From assembly GCA_016214845.1 (NCBI GenBank), contig JACRMS010000032.1, positions 18,655 through 82,654 of the forward strand: DNA of 64,000 nt, read 5' to 3'. The notes beneath the pieces were generated by a model. That model had not been told where the DNA came from. It ran no database searches and saw only the letters and a program-made list of their open reading frames with translations. Shown here piece after piece: positions 19,045 through 28,554 of the stretch (positions within the stretch are counted from its first letter, which is position 1; each line of letters opens with the position of its first letter). The stretch is from Nitrospirota bacterium. Its GTDB lineage: Bacteria > Nitrospirota > Thermodesulfovibrionia > UBA6902. The position numbers were made by a program, and so were the translations under genes.

Positions 19045-19782
19045 GCGGCCCCTTTTTCCGACACTGTACAAATCCTGTTGAACGATGCCGGATAATTGTT
19101 AGTAACTTCGACGTCATTGTTTATTGACACCATTTTTTTTGAAACCATCTGTGATAAATATATTTTCATCTTATCTTCTTTAGTTTAGATTTTATGAGCT
19201 GTATACAATAAGGGAACATTGACGATTCCGGCATGTGATTTAACTAATCTTATCGACTTTGAAGGGTATCATTTCGACCGTGTTTTGTCAAGTTGGTTAC
19301 CTCTGGAAACCTCAACAAATTATCAACACCTGTTTTCCCTTTTCTTTTATGTCCGGTTGCCTCCTAATCAACAATGCCAACAACCTTTCTACTCTTTTTT
19401 ATTTTAAATATATAAAGATAAAAAGAATAAGACAGAGAGAAAACTATATTTAGAAAAATTAAAATATCAAAAAAACTCCTTGCTCAATGAAGAAAGAATT
19501 ATATATACTCTTTCAGACAAAGCTGCGAGCAGACAAAAGACCCAGGAACTACTGTAACTTTTTGTAAGCCCGTTTTATTTTCTAAAGCAGAATAAAACAA
19601 GGTAAGGTATAGATTTAAAATAGCTGCCATAACTTTCTAACCCTTAACAACGAAAGCTAAAATCAGTATTGAGAGCAGTCTCGCTTGTCAGTGCTGTGTA
19701 TTTTATCCATTAAGCTTCTCATTGAATTCATTTTACAGCCGTGTGCTGCGTGTAAGTCTAATAAAGAAATAAAGATATTTCC

Positions 19783-19811
19783 TTGACAGCGACTCTGCTA
19801 AGTGATATTTA
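19783..19811 (+). promoter_or_regulatory. Putative sigma70 promoter for glgP (TTGACA-N17-TATTTA, TG extended -10)
   Basis: TTGACA at 19783-88, 17-nt spacer, TGATATTTA at 19803-11, about 55 nt upstream of the glgP ATG. Confidence 0.5.
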
Positions 19812-19868
19812 CGATAGTAAGAGTGGTTGGGCAGCTCAGCCTTTTTTTATGGATAAAAAAGCGGCATA

Positions 19869-22442
19869 ATGGACAAGCCTGTTCAAAAAAAACCGCCAGA
19901 TGACGGTGGCCCGTGTGAAGATGTTCGCAGCGGATTAGGTCTTAATACGCTATGGCGTGCCTATGTGGAAAATCTCATTTGTGTGCAGGGAAGAGGCATC
20001 CCCGATATTGCCACAATGAACGACCGTTACATGGCGTTTGCCTACACTGTGCGGGACCGCATGATGAACAGGGCCGCCCACGCGCTTCATACGTACAAGG
20101 AAAAAAATTTTAAGGTCGTCTGTTATCTCTCAGTGGAATTTCTCATGGGCCCGCATCTCGGCAATAATCTTATCAACCTCGGCATATACAGCGAGGTGCG
20201 CGACGCCCTTAAGGCAGCCGGGTTCGACATCGATCAGCTCCTTGAGCAGGAAGAAGAGCCCGGCCTCGGCAACGGAGGACTCGGACGTCTTGCGGCGTGT
20301 TACCTTGATTCGATGGCAACACTTGAAATCCCGTGCTTTGGATACGGAATAAGGTATGAATTCGGTATCTTCGACCAGGAGCTGCGGGACGGGTGGCAGG
20401 TTGAAAAGACGGACAAGTGGCTCAGGTTCGGCAATCCCTGGGAGATCGCGCGCCCGGAAGTTGTTATAGATGTTAAGTTAGGAGGCCGCACCGAGAGTTA
20501 TTTGGACGAACAGGGACGCTATTGCGTGCGTTGGGCGCCACACCGCATTGTAAGAGGCACTGCCTATGACACACCGGTGATAGGCTACAGGGTCGGGGCC
20601 TGCAATACTCTTCGTCTGTGGAAGGCCGAGGCAACCGAGTCTTTTGATCTTCAGGCTTTTAGCCACGGCGATTATTATCGCGCTGTTGAGGACAAGGTTG
20701 TGTCAGAGAATGTTACCAAGGTCCTTTATCCGAATGACGAGCAGCTTCAGGGCAAGCACCTCCGGCTTGAACAACAGTACTTCTTCGTCTCCTGTTCTAT
20801 GCAGGACATTATTCGAATTCATCTCGGAAGGGGTAAAAGCCTCGACACGCTCCATGAAACCTACGCAGTCCAGCTCAACGATACCCATCCGTCCATAGCT
20901 GTTGCCGAGCTTATGCGCCTGCTCATAGACGAGCGCCTGATGGATTGGGAAAAGGCATGGCACATTACCGTGAATACCTTTGCATATACAAACCACACCC
21001 TTCTGCCAGAGGCGCTGGAAAAGTGGTCCCTGCAATTATTCGGGGAACTTCTGCCGAGGCATCTTGAGATCATCTTCGAGATCAACTGGAGATTTCTTGA
21101 GGATGTGAAAAGGCGGTATCCGGGTGACGAAGACCGTGTGAGGCGGATGTCGATTATCGACGAAACAGGCGGCCGCTTTATAAGGATGGCGAACCTTGCA
21201 TGTGTCGGCAGTCATGCCATAAACGGTGTGGCAGCTCTGCACACCGGGCTTTTGAAAAGCACAGTCCTGCGCGACTTTTACGAATTCAGCCCGGAGAAAT
21301 TCAGCAACAAGACCAACGGCGTCACACCGCGCCGCTGGATGGTCCTGAGCAACCCCGGACTGACTGAACTTATCACCGGTAAGATCGGCCCCGGATGGAT
21401 CAAGGATTTAAATGAACTCAGGAGGATCGAGGAATTTGCGGATGACAAAGAGTTCCGCGATGAGTGGCGCAGCGTGAAATTTGAAAACAAAAAAAGACTT
21501 GCGGCACGGATAAAAGAGGTGACAGGTATAATTGTAAATCCAGATTCGCTCTTCGACATGCAGGTCAAGCGCATCCATGAATACAAGCGCCAGCATCTCA
21601 ATGTCCTTTACATCATCTCACTCTATATTCAAATCAAGCTTAACCCGAATGTTGACATCGTACCCCGGACATTCATCTTTGGAGGCAAGGCCGCCCCAGG
21701 CTATTTTATGGCGAAGCTGATGATCAAGCTCATCACCTCTGTCGCTGAGGTGATCAATAACGATCCTGATGTGCGCGGACGGCTGAAGGTGGTGTTCTTT
21801 CCCGACTTCAATGTAAAGAACGGGCAGAGGATATACCCTGCCGCCGACCTGTCGGAGCAGATCTCGACAGCCGGGACAGAGGCGTCAGGGACCGGGAACA
21901 TGAAGTTCGCAATGAACGGCGCGCTGACCATCGGCACGCTTGACGGCGCTAACGTAGAGATACGGGAAGAGGTCGGCGCTGAGAATTTCTTTCTCTTCGG
22001 GCTCACGGCAAAACAGGTACAGGAGGCAAAATCGCAGGGGTACAATCCCTCTGCGTTCTATTATTCAAACCAGCAGTTGAGAGAAGTAATGGAGCTCATA
22101 CGGGGCGGGCGCTTTTCTCCTGACAATACCGACCTGTTCAGGCCGCTCCTGGACACCCTCATGTATCACGACGAATACATGCTCTTTGCGGATTTTCAAT
22201 CCTACATCGACTGTCATGCAAGAGTGGAAGCGGCATACCGTGACCGTGAAAACTGGACGCGGATGTCCATTCTGAATACGGCGCGCATGGGAAAGTTTTC
22301 CTCCGACCGCGCGATAAAAGAATACTGCCGTGACATCTGGAAGGCGGAGCCTGTGGTTGTTGACATGTCAGGAAATGTGGAGTGGACGATACAGGAAAGG
22401 GCCGCAAGCATGTCAAAGCGAGGAGTAGCAAGTAGACAGTAG
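19869..22442 (+). CDS. glgP: Glycogen/alpha-glucan phosphorylase (GT35)
   Basis: 857 aa. PLP-site EASGTGNMKFAMNGALTIGTLDGANVEI and other GT35 hallmarks throughout. Confidence 0.9.
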   Translation: MDKPVQKKPPDDGGPCEDVRSGLGLNTLWRAYVENLICVQGRGIPDIATMNDRYMAFAYTVRDRMMNRAAHALHTYKEKNFKVVCYLSVEFLMGPHLGNNLINLGIYSEVRDALKAAGFDIDQLLEQEEEPGLGNGGLGRLAACYLDSMATLEIPCFGYGIRYEFGIFDQELRDGWQVEKTDKWLRFGNPWEIARPEVVIDVKLGGRTESYLDEQGRYCVRWAPHRIVRGTAYDTPVIGYRVGACNTLRLWKAEATESFDLQAFSHGDYYRAVEDKVVSENVTKVLYPNDEQLQGKHLRLEQQYFFVSCSMQDIIRIHLGRGKSLDTLHETYAVQLNDTHPSIAVAELMRLLIDERLMDWEKAWHITVNTFAYTNHTLLPEALEKWSLQLFGELLPRHLEIIFEINWRFLEDVKRRYPGDEDRVRRMSIIDETGGRFIRMANLACVGSHAINGVAALHTGLLKSTVLRDFYEFSPEKFSNKTNGVTPRRWMVLSNPGLTELITGKIGPGWIKDLNELRRIEEFADDKEFRDEWRSVKFENKKRLAARIKEVTGIIVNPDSLFDMQVKRIHEYKRQHLNVLYIISLYIQIKLNPNVDIVPRTFIFGGKAAPGYFMAKLMIKLITSVAEVINNDPDVRGRLKVVFFPDFNVKNGQRIYPAADLSEQISTAGTEASGTGNMKFAMNGALTIGTLDGANVEIREEVGAENFFLFGLTAKQVQEAKSQGYNPSAFYYSNQQLREVMELIRGGRFSPDNTDLFRPLLDTLMYHDEYMLFADFQSYIDCHARVEAAYRDRENWTRMSILNTARMGKFSSDRAIKEYCRDIWKAEPVVVDMSGNVEWTIQERAASMSKRGVASRQ

Positions 22443-22469
22443 CAAGTAGTTAGTAGAAGGAGGGCGCGG

Positions 22470-24572
22470 ATGCCGCAGGGCCTTTATATTATGAGCGAGG
22501 AACCGCAGGCGGGGAAATCAGTTGTCATGCTCGGCCTGATGGAGCTCCTCACACGGACCGGATTGAAGACCGGATTTTTCAGGCCTCTGACCCGCGCTGG
22601 AGCTCAACGCGACCGCGCCATTGAGCTTCTTACATCCCGCTACGACCTTAACCTCCCTTATGAGAGCATGTTCGGATGCACTGTTGAAGAAGCGCAGAAG
22701 ATGGTATCGGCAGGACAGTATGATGAGCTGCTCAAGCTGGTCCTTGATAAATACAAAACACTGGAATCCCGCTGTGATTTTATATTGTGTGTAGGCACTG
22801 ATTTCACGGGCGCTGCCCCGCTGCCCCTTGAATTAGATCTCAACGCGGACGCAGCCAATAACCTCGGATGCCTCATATTACCGGTGGTCAAAGGGAGCGG
22901 CAGGACAGTTGCGGAGATCGTTGAATTGGCAAGCGCTTTTCTCGAATCTCTGGAAAAAAGACATTGCGATGTCCTCTCAATTATCGTCAACCGGGTCGCA
23001 CCTGATCAGGTCCGGGAATTATCCGCCCGGCTAAGGTCCGCGATTACACAAAAAACATCCTTCTTCGTCGTGCCTGAGGTCGACGCGCTCGGCAAACCGA
23101 CAGTCGGAGAGATCGCGACTGCGCTTAATGCCGCCCTCATAATCGGAGACGCTGCCGGTCTTTACAGGGATGTCGCCCACTTCACAGTCGCTGCTATGGA
23201 GCTTCCTCATTTTCTTGACTACCTGCGGGAGGGCAGCCTGATTATCACACCCGGTGACCGTTCGGACATTATCCTTGGGACGCTGATCGCGGACGCATCA
23301 GGGGCATATCCGCATATCGCCGGACTGATGCTGACGGGCAACCTTATGCCCGCCCCTCAGGTGAAAAGGCTTGTTGAGGGATTGAACAAATCACAGGTCC
23401 CGGTCTTTATTGTTTCAACAGACACCTTTACAACTGCCATGCAGGCAAGTTCGGTAAAAGGCACGATCACTCCCGGCAACACGCGCAAGATAGCGGCTGC
23501 GCTGGGAGTCATGGAGGCCAATGTCGACTTCTCCGAGCTTGGAAAACGCCTCTCGATGACCCGCTCGTCCCGCGTCACGCCGCTCATGTTCGAATACAAA
23601 TTAATTCATACAGCAAAGGCTGACAGAAGACATATCGTGCTGCCGGAGGGTATTGAGGAAAGGGTCCTGCGCGCAGCGGAGATCCTGCTGCTCAGGGACG
23701 TTGTCGATATTACATTGCTGGGAAATCCGGATGAGATCCGGCAGAAGGCAGGCGCATTAGGACTGGACCTTCAAAAGGCGAATATCATCGACCCCGGGGC
23801 CACGGAGCTGCGCGAAACCTTTTCTAATACTTTCTATGAGCTGCGCAAACACAAGGGCATTTCCCCGGAGATGGCCCATGACATTATGACGGATGTCAGT
23901 TATTTCGGGACCATGATGGTTTACTCCGGACATGCTGACGGCATGGTATCGGGAGCGGTCCATACGACACAGCACACCATACGCCCCGCTTTGGAGATCA
24001 TAAAAACAAAACCGGGCTGTTCGATAGTATCGAGCGTTTTCTTCATGTGTCTTGAAGACCATGTGGCGGTCTTCGGCGACTGCGCTGTCAACCCTGACCC
24101 AAGTGCGGAACAATTGGCGGACATAGCTGTCAGCTCAGCGGAGACCGCGCAACTGTTCGGCATCCAGCCTCTCGTTGCGATGCTCTCATATTCCACCGGG
24201 GAGTCCGGAAAGGGCGAAGAGGTGGACAAGGTCAGGGAGGCGACGCGCATCGCAAGACAGCTCCGTCCTGATCTCAAGATCGAAGGGCCGATCCAGTACG
24301 ACGCGGCAGTCGATGTGAATGTCGCCCGCACAAAGATGCCGGGCAGCGAGGTCGCGGGCCATGCCACTGTGTTTGTGTTTCCCGACCTCAACGCAGGCAA
24401 CAACACATACAAGGCCGTGCAGCGTTCTGCAAATGCAGTGGCCATCGGTCCTGTGCTTCAGGGGCTGAAAAACCCGGTGAATGACCTAAGCCGCGGGGCA
24501 ACGGTGACGGACATAGTTAACACCGTTGCCATCACCGCGATTCAGGCACAGTCGAAGGAGTTTGAGAAATGA
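22470..24572 (+). CDS. pta: Phosphate acetyltransferase (long form with N-terminal DRTGG/AAA-like domain)
   Basis: 700 aa; C-terminal PTA_PTB domain; RBS GAAGGAGGG upstream. Confidence 0.85.
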   Translation: MPQGLYIMSEEPQAGKSVVMLGLMELLTRTGLKTGFFRPLTRAGAQRDRAIELLTSRYDLNLPYESMFGCTVEEAQKMVSAGQYDELLKLVLDKYKTLESRCDFILCVGTDFTGAAPLPLELDLNADAANNLGCLILPVVKGSGRTVAEIVELASAFLESLEKRHCDVLSIIVNRVAPDQVRELSARLRSAITQKTSFFVVPEVDALGKPTVGEIATALNAALIIGDAAGLYRDVAHFTVAAMELPHFLDYLREGSLIITPGDRSDIILGTLIADASGAYPHIAGLMLTGNLMPAPQVKRLVEGLNKSQVPVFIVSTDTFTTAMQASSVKGTITPGNTRKIAAALGVMEANVDFSELGKRLSMTRSSRVTPLMFEYKLIHTAKADRRHIVLPEGIEERVLRAAEILLLRDVVDITLLGNPDEIRQKAGALGLDLQKANIIDPGATELRETFSNTFYELRKHKGISPEMAHDIMTDVSYFGTMMVYSGHADGMVSGAVHTTQHTIRPALEIIKTKPGCSIVSSVFFMCLEDHVAVFGDCAVNPDPSAEQLADIAVSSAETAQLFGIQPLVAMLSYSTGESGKGEEVDKVREATRIARQLRPDLKIEGPIQYDAAVDVNVARTKMPGSEVAGHATVFVFPDLNAGNNTYKAVQRSANAVAIGPVLQGLKNPVNDLSRGATVTDIVNTVAITAIQAQSKEFEK

Positions 24573-25798
24573 AGGTCCTCGTCATCAACTCCGGGAGCTC
24601 ATCGATAAAGTATCAGGTGTTCGACGCCGTGGAGTTCTCCGTGCTCGCAACCGGACTGCTCGAAAGGATCGGAGAACACAACAGCAGGCTCGTTCACCGG
24701 TGGAGAGAATCGTCGGGCAGTTTCGTGGAAAGAATTTATGGGGGGCAGGTTTCAGACCATAGACAAGGTTTAATACTTGTTGACACCGTTATCGAAGAGT
24801 CCGGCATAATCGGAAACAGGAACGAACTCTCAGGCATAGGCCACCGCGTTGTCCACGGAGGAGAAATTTTCCACGAACCTGTATTGATAGACAATACGGT
24901 AGTGGATTCGGTCCGAAGGCTGCTGCCGCTTGCGCCTCTGCATAATCCTGCAAACCTGATGGGAATAGAGGCGTCCCTTGAGCATATGCCTGATGTGCCG
25001 CAGGTGGCGGTATTTGACACATCATTTCACCAGACAATGCCTGAGCACGCATTCCTTTACGCCCTTCCGTACGAGTTGTACACAGAACACCATGTCCGCA
25101 GGTACGGATTTCACGGGACATCGCATCAGTACGTTGCGAACCGGGCAGCCGGACATTTAGGAAGACCTCTGCTGGAACTGGACCTCATAACTCTTCACCT
25201 TGGAAACGGGGCGAGCGCGGCAGCTTTGAAAGGCGGCAAGAGCATTGATACCTCGATGGGCATGACCCCGCTCGAAGGCCTGATAATGGGGACCCGCTGC
25301 GGAGATATCGATCCTGCAATACAATTTTATTTAAGCAGAAGCGCCGGGAAAACGAGTGACGAATTAGAATCGCTGCTGAACCACGAGAGCGGGCTCCTCG
25401 GCATATGCGGCGCAAATGATATGCGCGAGATACAGCGGTCCGCGGAACAGGGGAACAAGAGGGCGCGGCTTGCGATCACGATGTTCTGTTACAGGATAAA
25501 GAAATACATCGGCGCGTATTATGCTGTGCTGGGAAGGGTCGACGCGATAGTCTTTACCGGAGGGATAGGGGAAAATGCTTCGCAGGTGCGCAAGGGCTCA
25601 TGCGAGGGACTCGATTGCCTCGGCATCATGATAGATGATGACAAAAACAAATTACAGTATGAAGGTGTCTTTGAGATACAGAGGGCTGAAGGGCAAGTAA
25701 AACTCCTCGTGGTCCCGACGAACGAGGAGCTCGCGATAGCGAGACAGACGATGCAAATAATTTCTGCATCCGGCGTAACACCAAAAAATGTTCAATGA
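24569..25798 (+). CDS. ackA: Acetate kinase
   Basis: MKVLVINSGSSSIKYQVFD N-terminus. The start overlaps the pta stop (ATGA). Confidence 0.9.
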   Translation: MKVLVINSGSSSIKYQVFDAVEFSVLATGLLERIGEHNSRLVHRWRESSGSFVERIYGGQVSDHRQGLILVDTVIEESGIIGNRNELSGIGHRVVHGGEIFHEPVLIDNTVVDSVRRLLPLAPLHNPANLMGIEASLEHMPDVPQVAVFDTSFHQTMPEHAFLYALPYELYTEHHVRRYGFHGTSHQYVANRAAGHLGRPLLELDLITLHLGNGASAAALKGGKSIDTSMGMTPLEGLIMGTRCGDIDPAIQFYLSRSAGKTSDELESLLNHESGLLGICGANDMREIQRSAEQGNKRARLAITMFCYRIKKYIGAYYAVLGRVDAIVFTGGIGENASQVRKGSCEGLDCLGIMIDDDKNKLQYEGVFEIQRAEGQVKLLVVPTNEELAIARQTMQIISASGVTPKNVQ

Positions 25799-25809
25799 CG
25801 GAGGCTGAT

Positions 25810-27096
25810 ATGAAAAGAGAAATTCCGGACTTTACTGTTTCCCGTCTTGGCGAGTGCAGTATCACTTCGCCCATGACCGATGTGCCGTTTGTCCATGACG
25901 ACGGGCACGTGCTATTCGACTCCCATTTAGGGAAGGTCAGGGAGTGCCTTGACGCGGGTTGCGAGCCTCCGCAAATGGAGATAGCCGGTCCGAGGGAGAA
26001 GATATTCTTTGAACCTTCGTCCCTCAGATGCGGCATTGTCACCTGCGGCGGGATATGTCCGGGACTCAACGACGTGATCCGTTCCATAGTGCTCAGCCTT
26101 TACAACCATTACGGAGTGAGGACAATCTACGGTTTCCGTTTCGGCTTTGAGGGCCTTGTCCCCAAATACGGCCATGAACCAGTCGCCCTTACCCCTGAGA
26201 CAGTAAAGGGCATTCATAAGAGCGGGGGATCGGTCCTCGCCTCATCCCGCGGGGCGCAGGATATCGGCGTGATGGCAGATACCCTTGAGCGATTGAAAAT
26301 AGGGGTCCTCTTTACCATCGGAGGCGACGGGACCCTTCGCGGGGCGAGCGCGATCGCGGAGGAGGTGAAACGGCGGGGGCTGACGATCTCAGTTATAGGA
26401 ATTCCAAAGACGATCGATAATGACATTGCTTTCATTCAGGAGACCTTTGGTTTTGAAACGGCTGTGACAGAGACAAAGACATCGCTCTACTCCGCGCACG
26501 TCGAGGCCACGGGTGCGCGTAACGGCGTCGGCCTCGTGAAGTTGATGGGACGCCACTCAGGATTTATCGCGGCATACGCGACACTCGCAAACAGCGAGGT
26601 AAATTTCTGCCTGGTGCCTGAGGTTCCCTTTACCCTTGAGGGTTTTCTCGCATCGCTGGAAGAGAGACTTTCAAAAAAGGGCCATGCCCTTGTTGTGACA
26701 GCCGAGGGGGCGGGACAGTACCTCATGGAGGACACGCATACCCGTGATGCTTCCGGCAATGTGCGGCTTGGGGACATCGGCATTTTTTTGAGGGACCGGA
26801 TTAGACGCCATTTTGAAGAAAAGCATATTGAGATGAACCTGAAATATATTGACCCGAGCTATACGATCAGGAGTATGCCTGCGAATGCGCGGGACGCGGC
26901 CCTCTGCCTCCTGCTCGGACAGAATGCGGTCCACGCGGGAATGGCGGGAAAGACAGACATGATCGTCAGTGGATGGCGCGGAGATTTCACGCACGTGCCG
27001 ATCTCTGCGGCAGTTTCGCGGCGCAAACAGCTTGACACCGAACACTGGCTTTGGGCCGCGGTGCTTTCATCCACCGGGCAGCCAAAGAGCATGTGA
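25810..27096 (+). CDS. pfkA: 6-phosphofructokinase, PfkA family (long ~430-aa type; GGDG motif suggests ATP dependence)
   Basis: GGICPGLNDVIR and TIGGDGTLRG motifs. The ATG at 25810 has GGAGG upstream; the ORF-track start at 25795 overlaps the ackA stop. Confidence 0.8.
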   Translation: MKREIPDFTVSRLGECSITSPMTDVPFVHDDGHVLFDSHLGKVRECLDAGCEPPQMEIAGPREKIFFEPSSLRCGIVTCGGICPGLNDVIRSIVLSLYNHYGVRTIYGFRFGFEGLVPKYGHEPVALTPETVKGIHKSGGSVLASSRGAQDIGVMADTLERLKIGVLFTIGGDGTLRGASAIAEEVKRRGLTISVIGIPKTIDNDIAFIQETFGFETAVTETKTSLYSAHVEATGARNGVGLVKLMGRHSGFIAAYATLANSEVNFCLVPEVPFTLEGFLASLEERLSKKGHALVVTAEGAGQYLMEDTHTRDASGNVRLGDIGIFLRDRIRRHFEEKHIEMNLKYIDPSYTIRSMPANARDAALCLLLGQNAVHAGMAGKTDMIVSGWRGDFTHVPISAAVSRRKQLDTEHWLWAAVLSSTGQPKSM

Positions 27097-27121
27097 TAAG
27101 ATGGAAAAGGAGAAGAGACTC

Positions 27122-28531
27122 ATGGACCTGTCACCCAACAAAACCAGGATCGTCTGCACAATTGGCCCTTCTTCTGATTCGCCGGAAATTTTACGGGAGA
27201 TGATCAGGGCCGGCATGAATGTGGCGCGCCTCAATTTTTCACACGGCGCATTTGAAGAACATAAGAGAGTTATCGGCTCTATCCGCGCGGCGGCAAAAGA
27301 AGAAGGCAGGCGTGTCGCAATCCTCGCAGATCTTCCGGGCCCGAAGATACGCATAGGAATGCTTGCAAATGAACCGGTCTGGCTGAAGCCGGGCTCTTTA
27401 ATTAAACTGACCACCGAAGAGTGCGTTGGAGATGAGCAGCGCGTCTTTGTCAGTTTCAGTAAATTGCCCCGGGTGGTGAAACAGGGTGACATTATTTTTT
27501 TAAGCGACGGCCTGATCCAGCTTGAAGTGGTCCGTGTCGAAGGCAGCGACGTGCAGTGCCGCGTCATAGTTGGCGGAGAGCTGCGCTCCCGGAAGGGACT
27601 TAATCTGCCGGGCATAGACCTCGGCATCAGCGCATTCACCGAACGCGACCGCGAGTGCCTGCGCTTTGCGCTTGAAGCTGGCGTTGATGCGGTCAGCCAG
27701 TCATTCGTCGAGAGGGCCTCGGACATCACGGCAGTGCGGGACGCGGCGACATCACTCGGATATAATCCATTTGTCATCGCCAAGATCGAACGGTCGAGCG
27801 CGCTCGATCATCTCGATGAGATCATCGAAGCAGCGGACGGCATCATGATCGCCCGAGGAGACCTCGGAGTTGAAATTCCGATTGAGCGGATCGCGGTTGT
27901 TCAGAAGCATTTGATACGAGAAACGAACCTGCGCGCCAAGCCGGTGATCACGGCAACTCAGATGCTTGAGTCGATGACGGACAACCGGAGGCCCACAAGG
28001 GCGGAGGCCACTGATGTGGCGAACGCCATTCTCGACGGCACTGATTGTGTCATGCTTTCCGAGGAGTCGGCCACAGGAAAGTATCCTGTAGAGGCTGTCT
28101 CGGTATTGTCGAGGATTGCCGCTTCTACTGAGCCCCATCGCCCAATGTGCGGTATAAAAGATTCTTCGCCGGACATCAAAAGCCTTATCTCCCTCAGCGT
28201 CGAGACGATCTTTGAACATTCTGCCCCGGCTGCGGTATTCGTTCCGACAAAGAGCGGGGCTACGGCAAGGAGCATTTCGCGGTTCAGGCTTCCAGTCTGG
28301 ATAGTTGCCGTCACGTCGCATGAGGCGACCTGCCAGAGACTGCAATTTACTTATGGAGTATTTGCGGTGTGCGAACCCTCGCATCCTGAGAACTGGCGTG
28401 TGTACGTTAAGGACTGGCTCGCGTCGCACAGCATCAAAGGTAAATTCGTGGTGCTGACAGAGGGGCCTTCTTCAAGGCACTCTGAAACGAACCATCGTGT
28501 CGAGATCATCGAGATCGAGGGACCGAGTTAA
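27122..28531 (+). CDS. pyk: Pyruvate kinase
   Basis: RIVCTIGPSS and MIARGDLGVEIP motifs. The ATG at 27122 has AAGGAG 9 nt upstream; the ORF-track start at 26969 would overlap pfk. Confidence 0.9.
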   Translation: MDLSPNKTRIVCTIGPSSDSPEILREMIRAGMNVARLNFSHGAFEEHKRVIGSIRAAAKEEGRRVAILADLPGPKIRIGMLANEPVWLKPGSLIKLTTEECVGDEQRVFVSFSKLPRVVKQGDIIFLSDGLIQLEVVRVEGSDVQCRVIVGGELRSRKGLNLPGIDLGISAFTERDRECLRFALEAGVDAVSQSFVERASDITAVRDAATSLGYNPFVIAKIERSSALDHLDEIIEAADGIMIARGDLGVEIPIERIAVVQKHLIRETNLRAKPVITATQMLESMTDNRRPTRAEATDVANAILDGTDCVMLSEESATGKYPVEAVSVLSRIAASTEPHRPMCGIKDSSPDIKSLISLSVETIFEHSAPAAVFVPTKSGATARSISRFRLPVWIVAVTSHEATCQRLQFTYGVFAVCEPSHPENWRVYVKDWLASHSIKGKFVVLTEGPSSRHSETNHRVEIIEIEGPS

Positions 28532-28554
28532 AGAGTTAAGAGGGTAAAGACGAT

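Noticed and set aside
19072-19868. Known housekeeping ncRNA (6S RNA, tmRNA, RNase P RNA, SRP RNA) in the long intergenic region
   Set aside because: I could not find the conserved tmRNA tag-coding/T-arm, RNase P P4, or SRP domain IV sequence signatures by eye. It is left as an unexplained AT-rich region, not called as an RNA gene.
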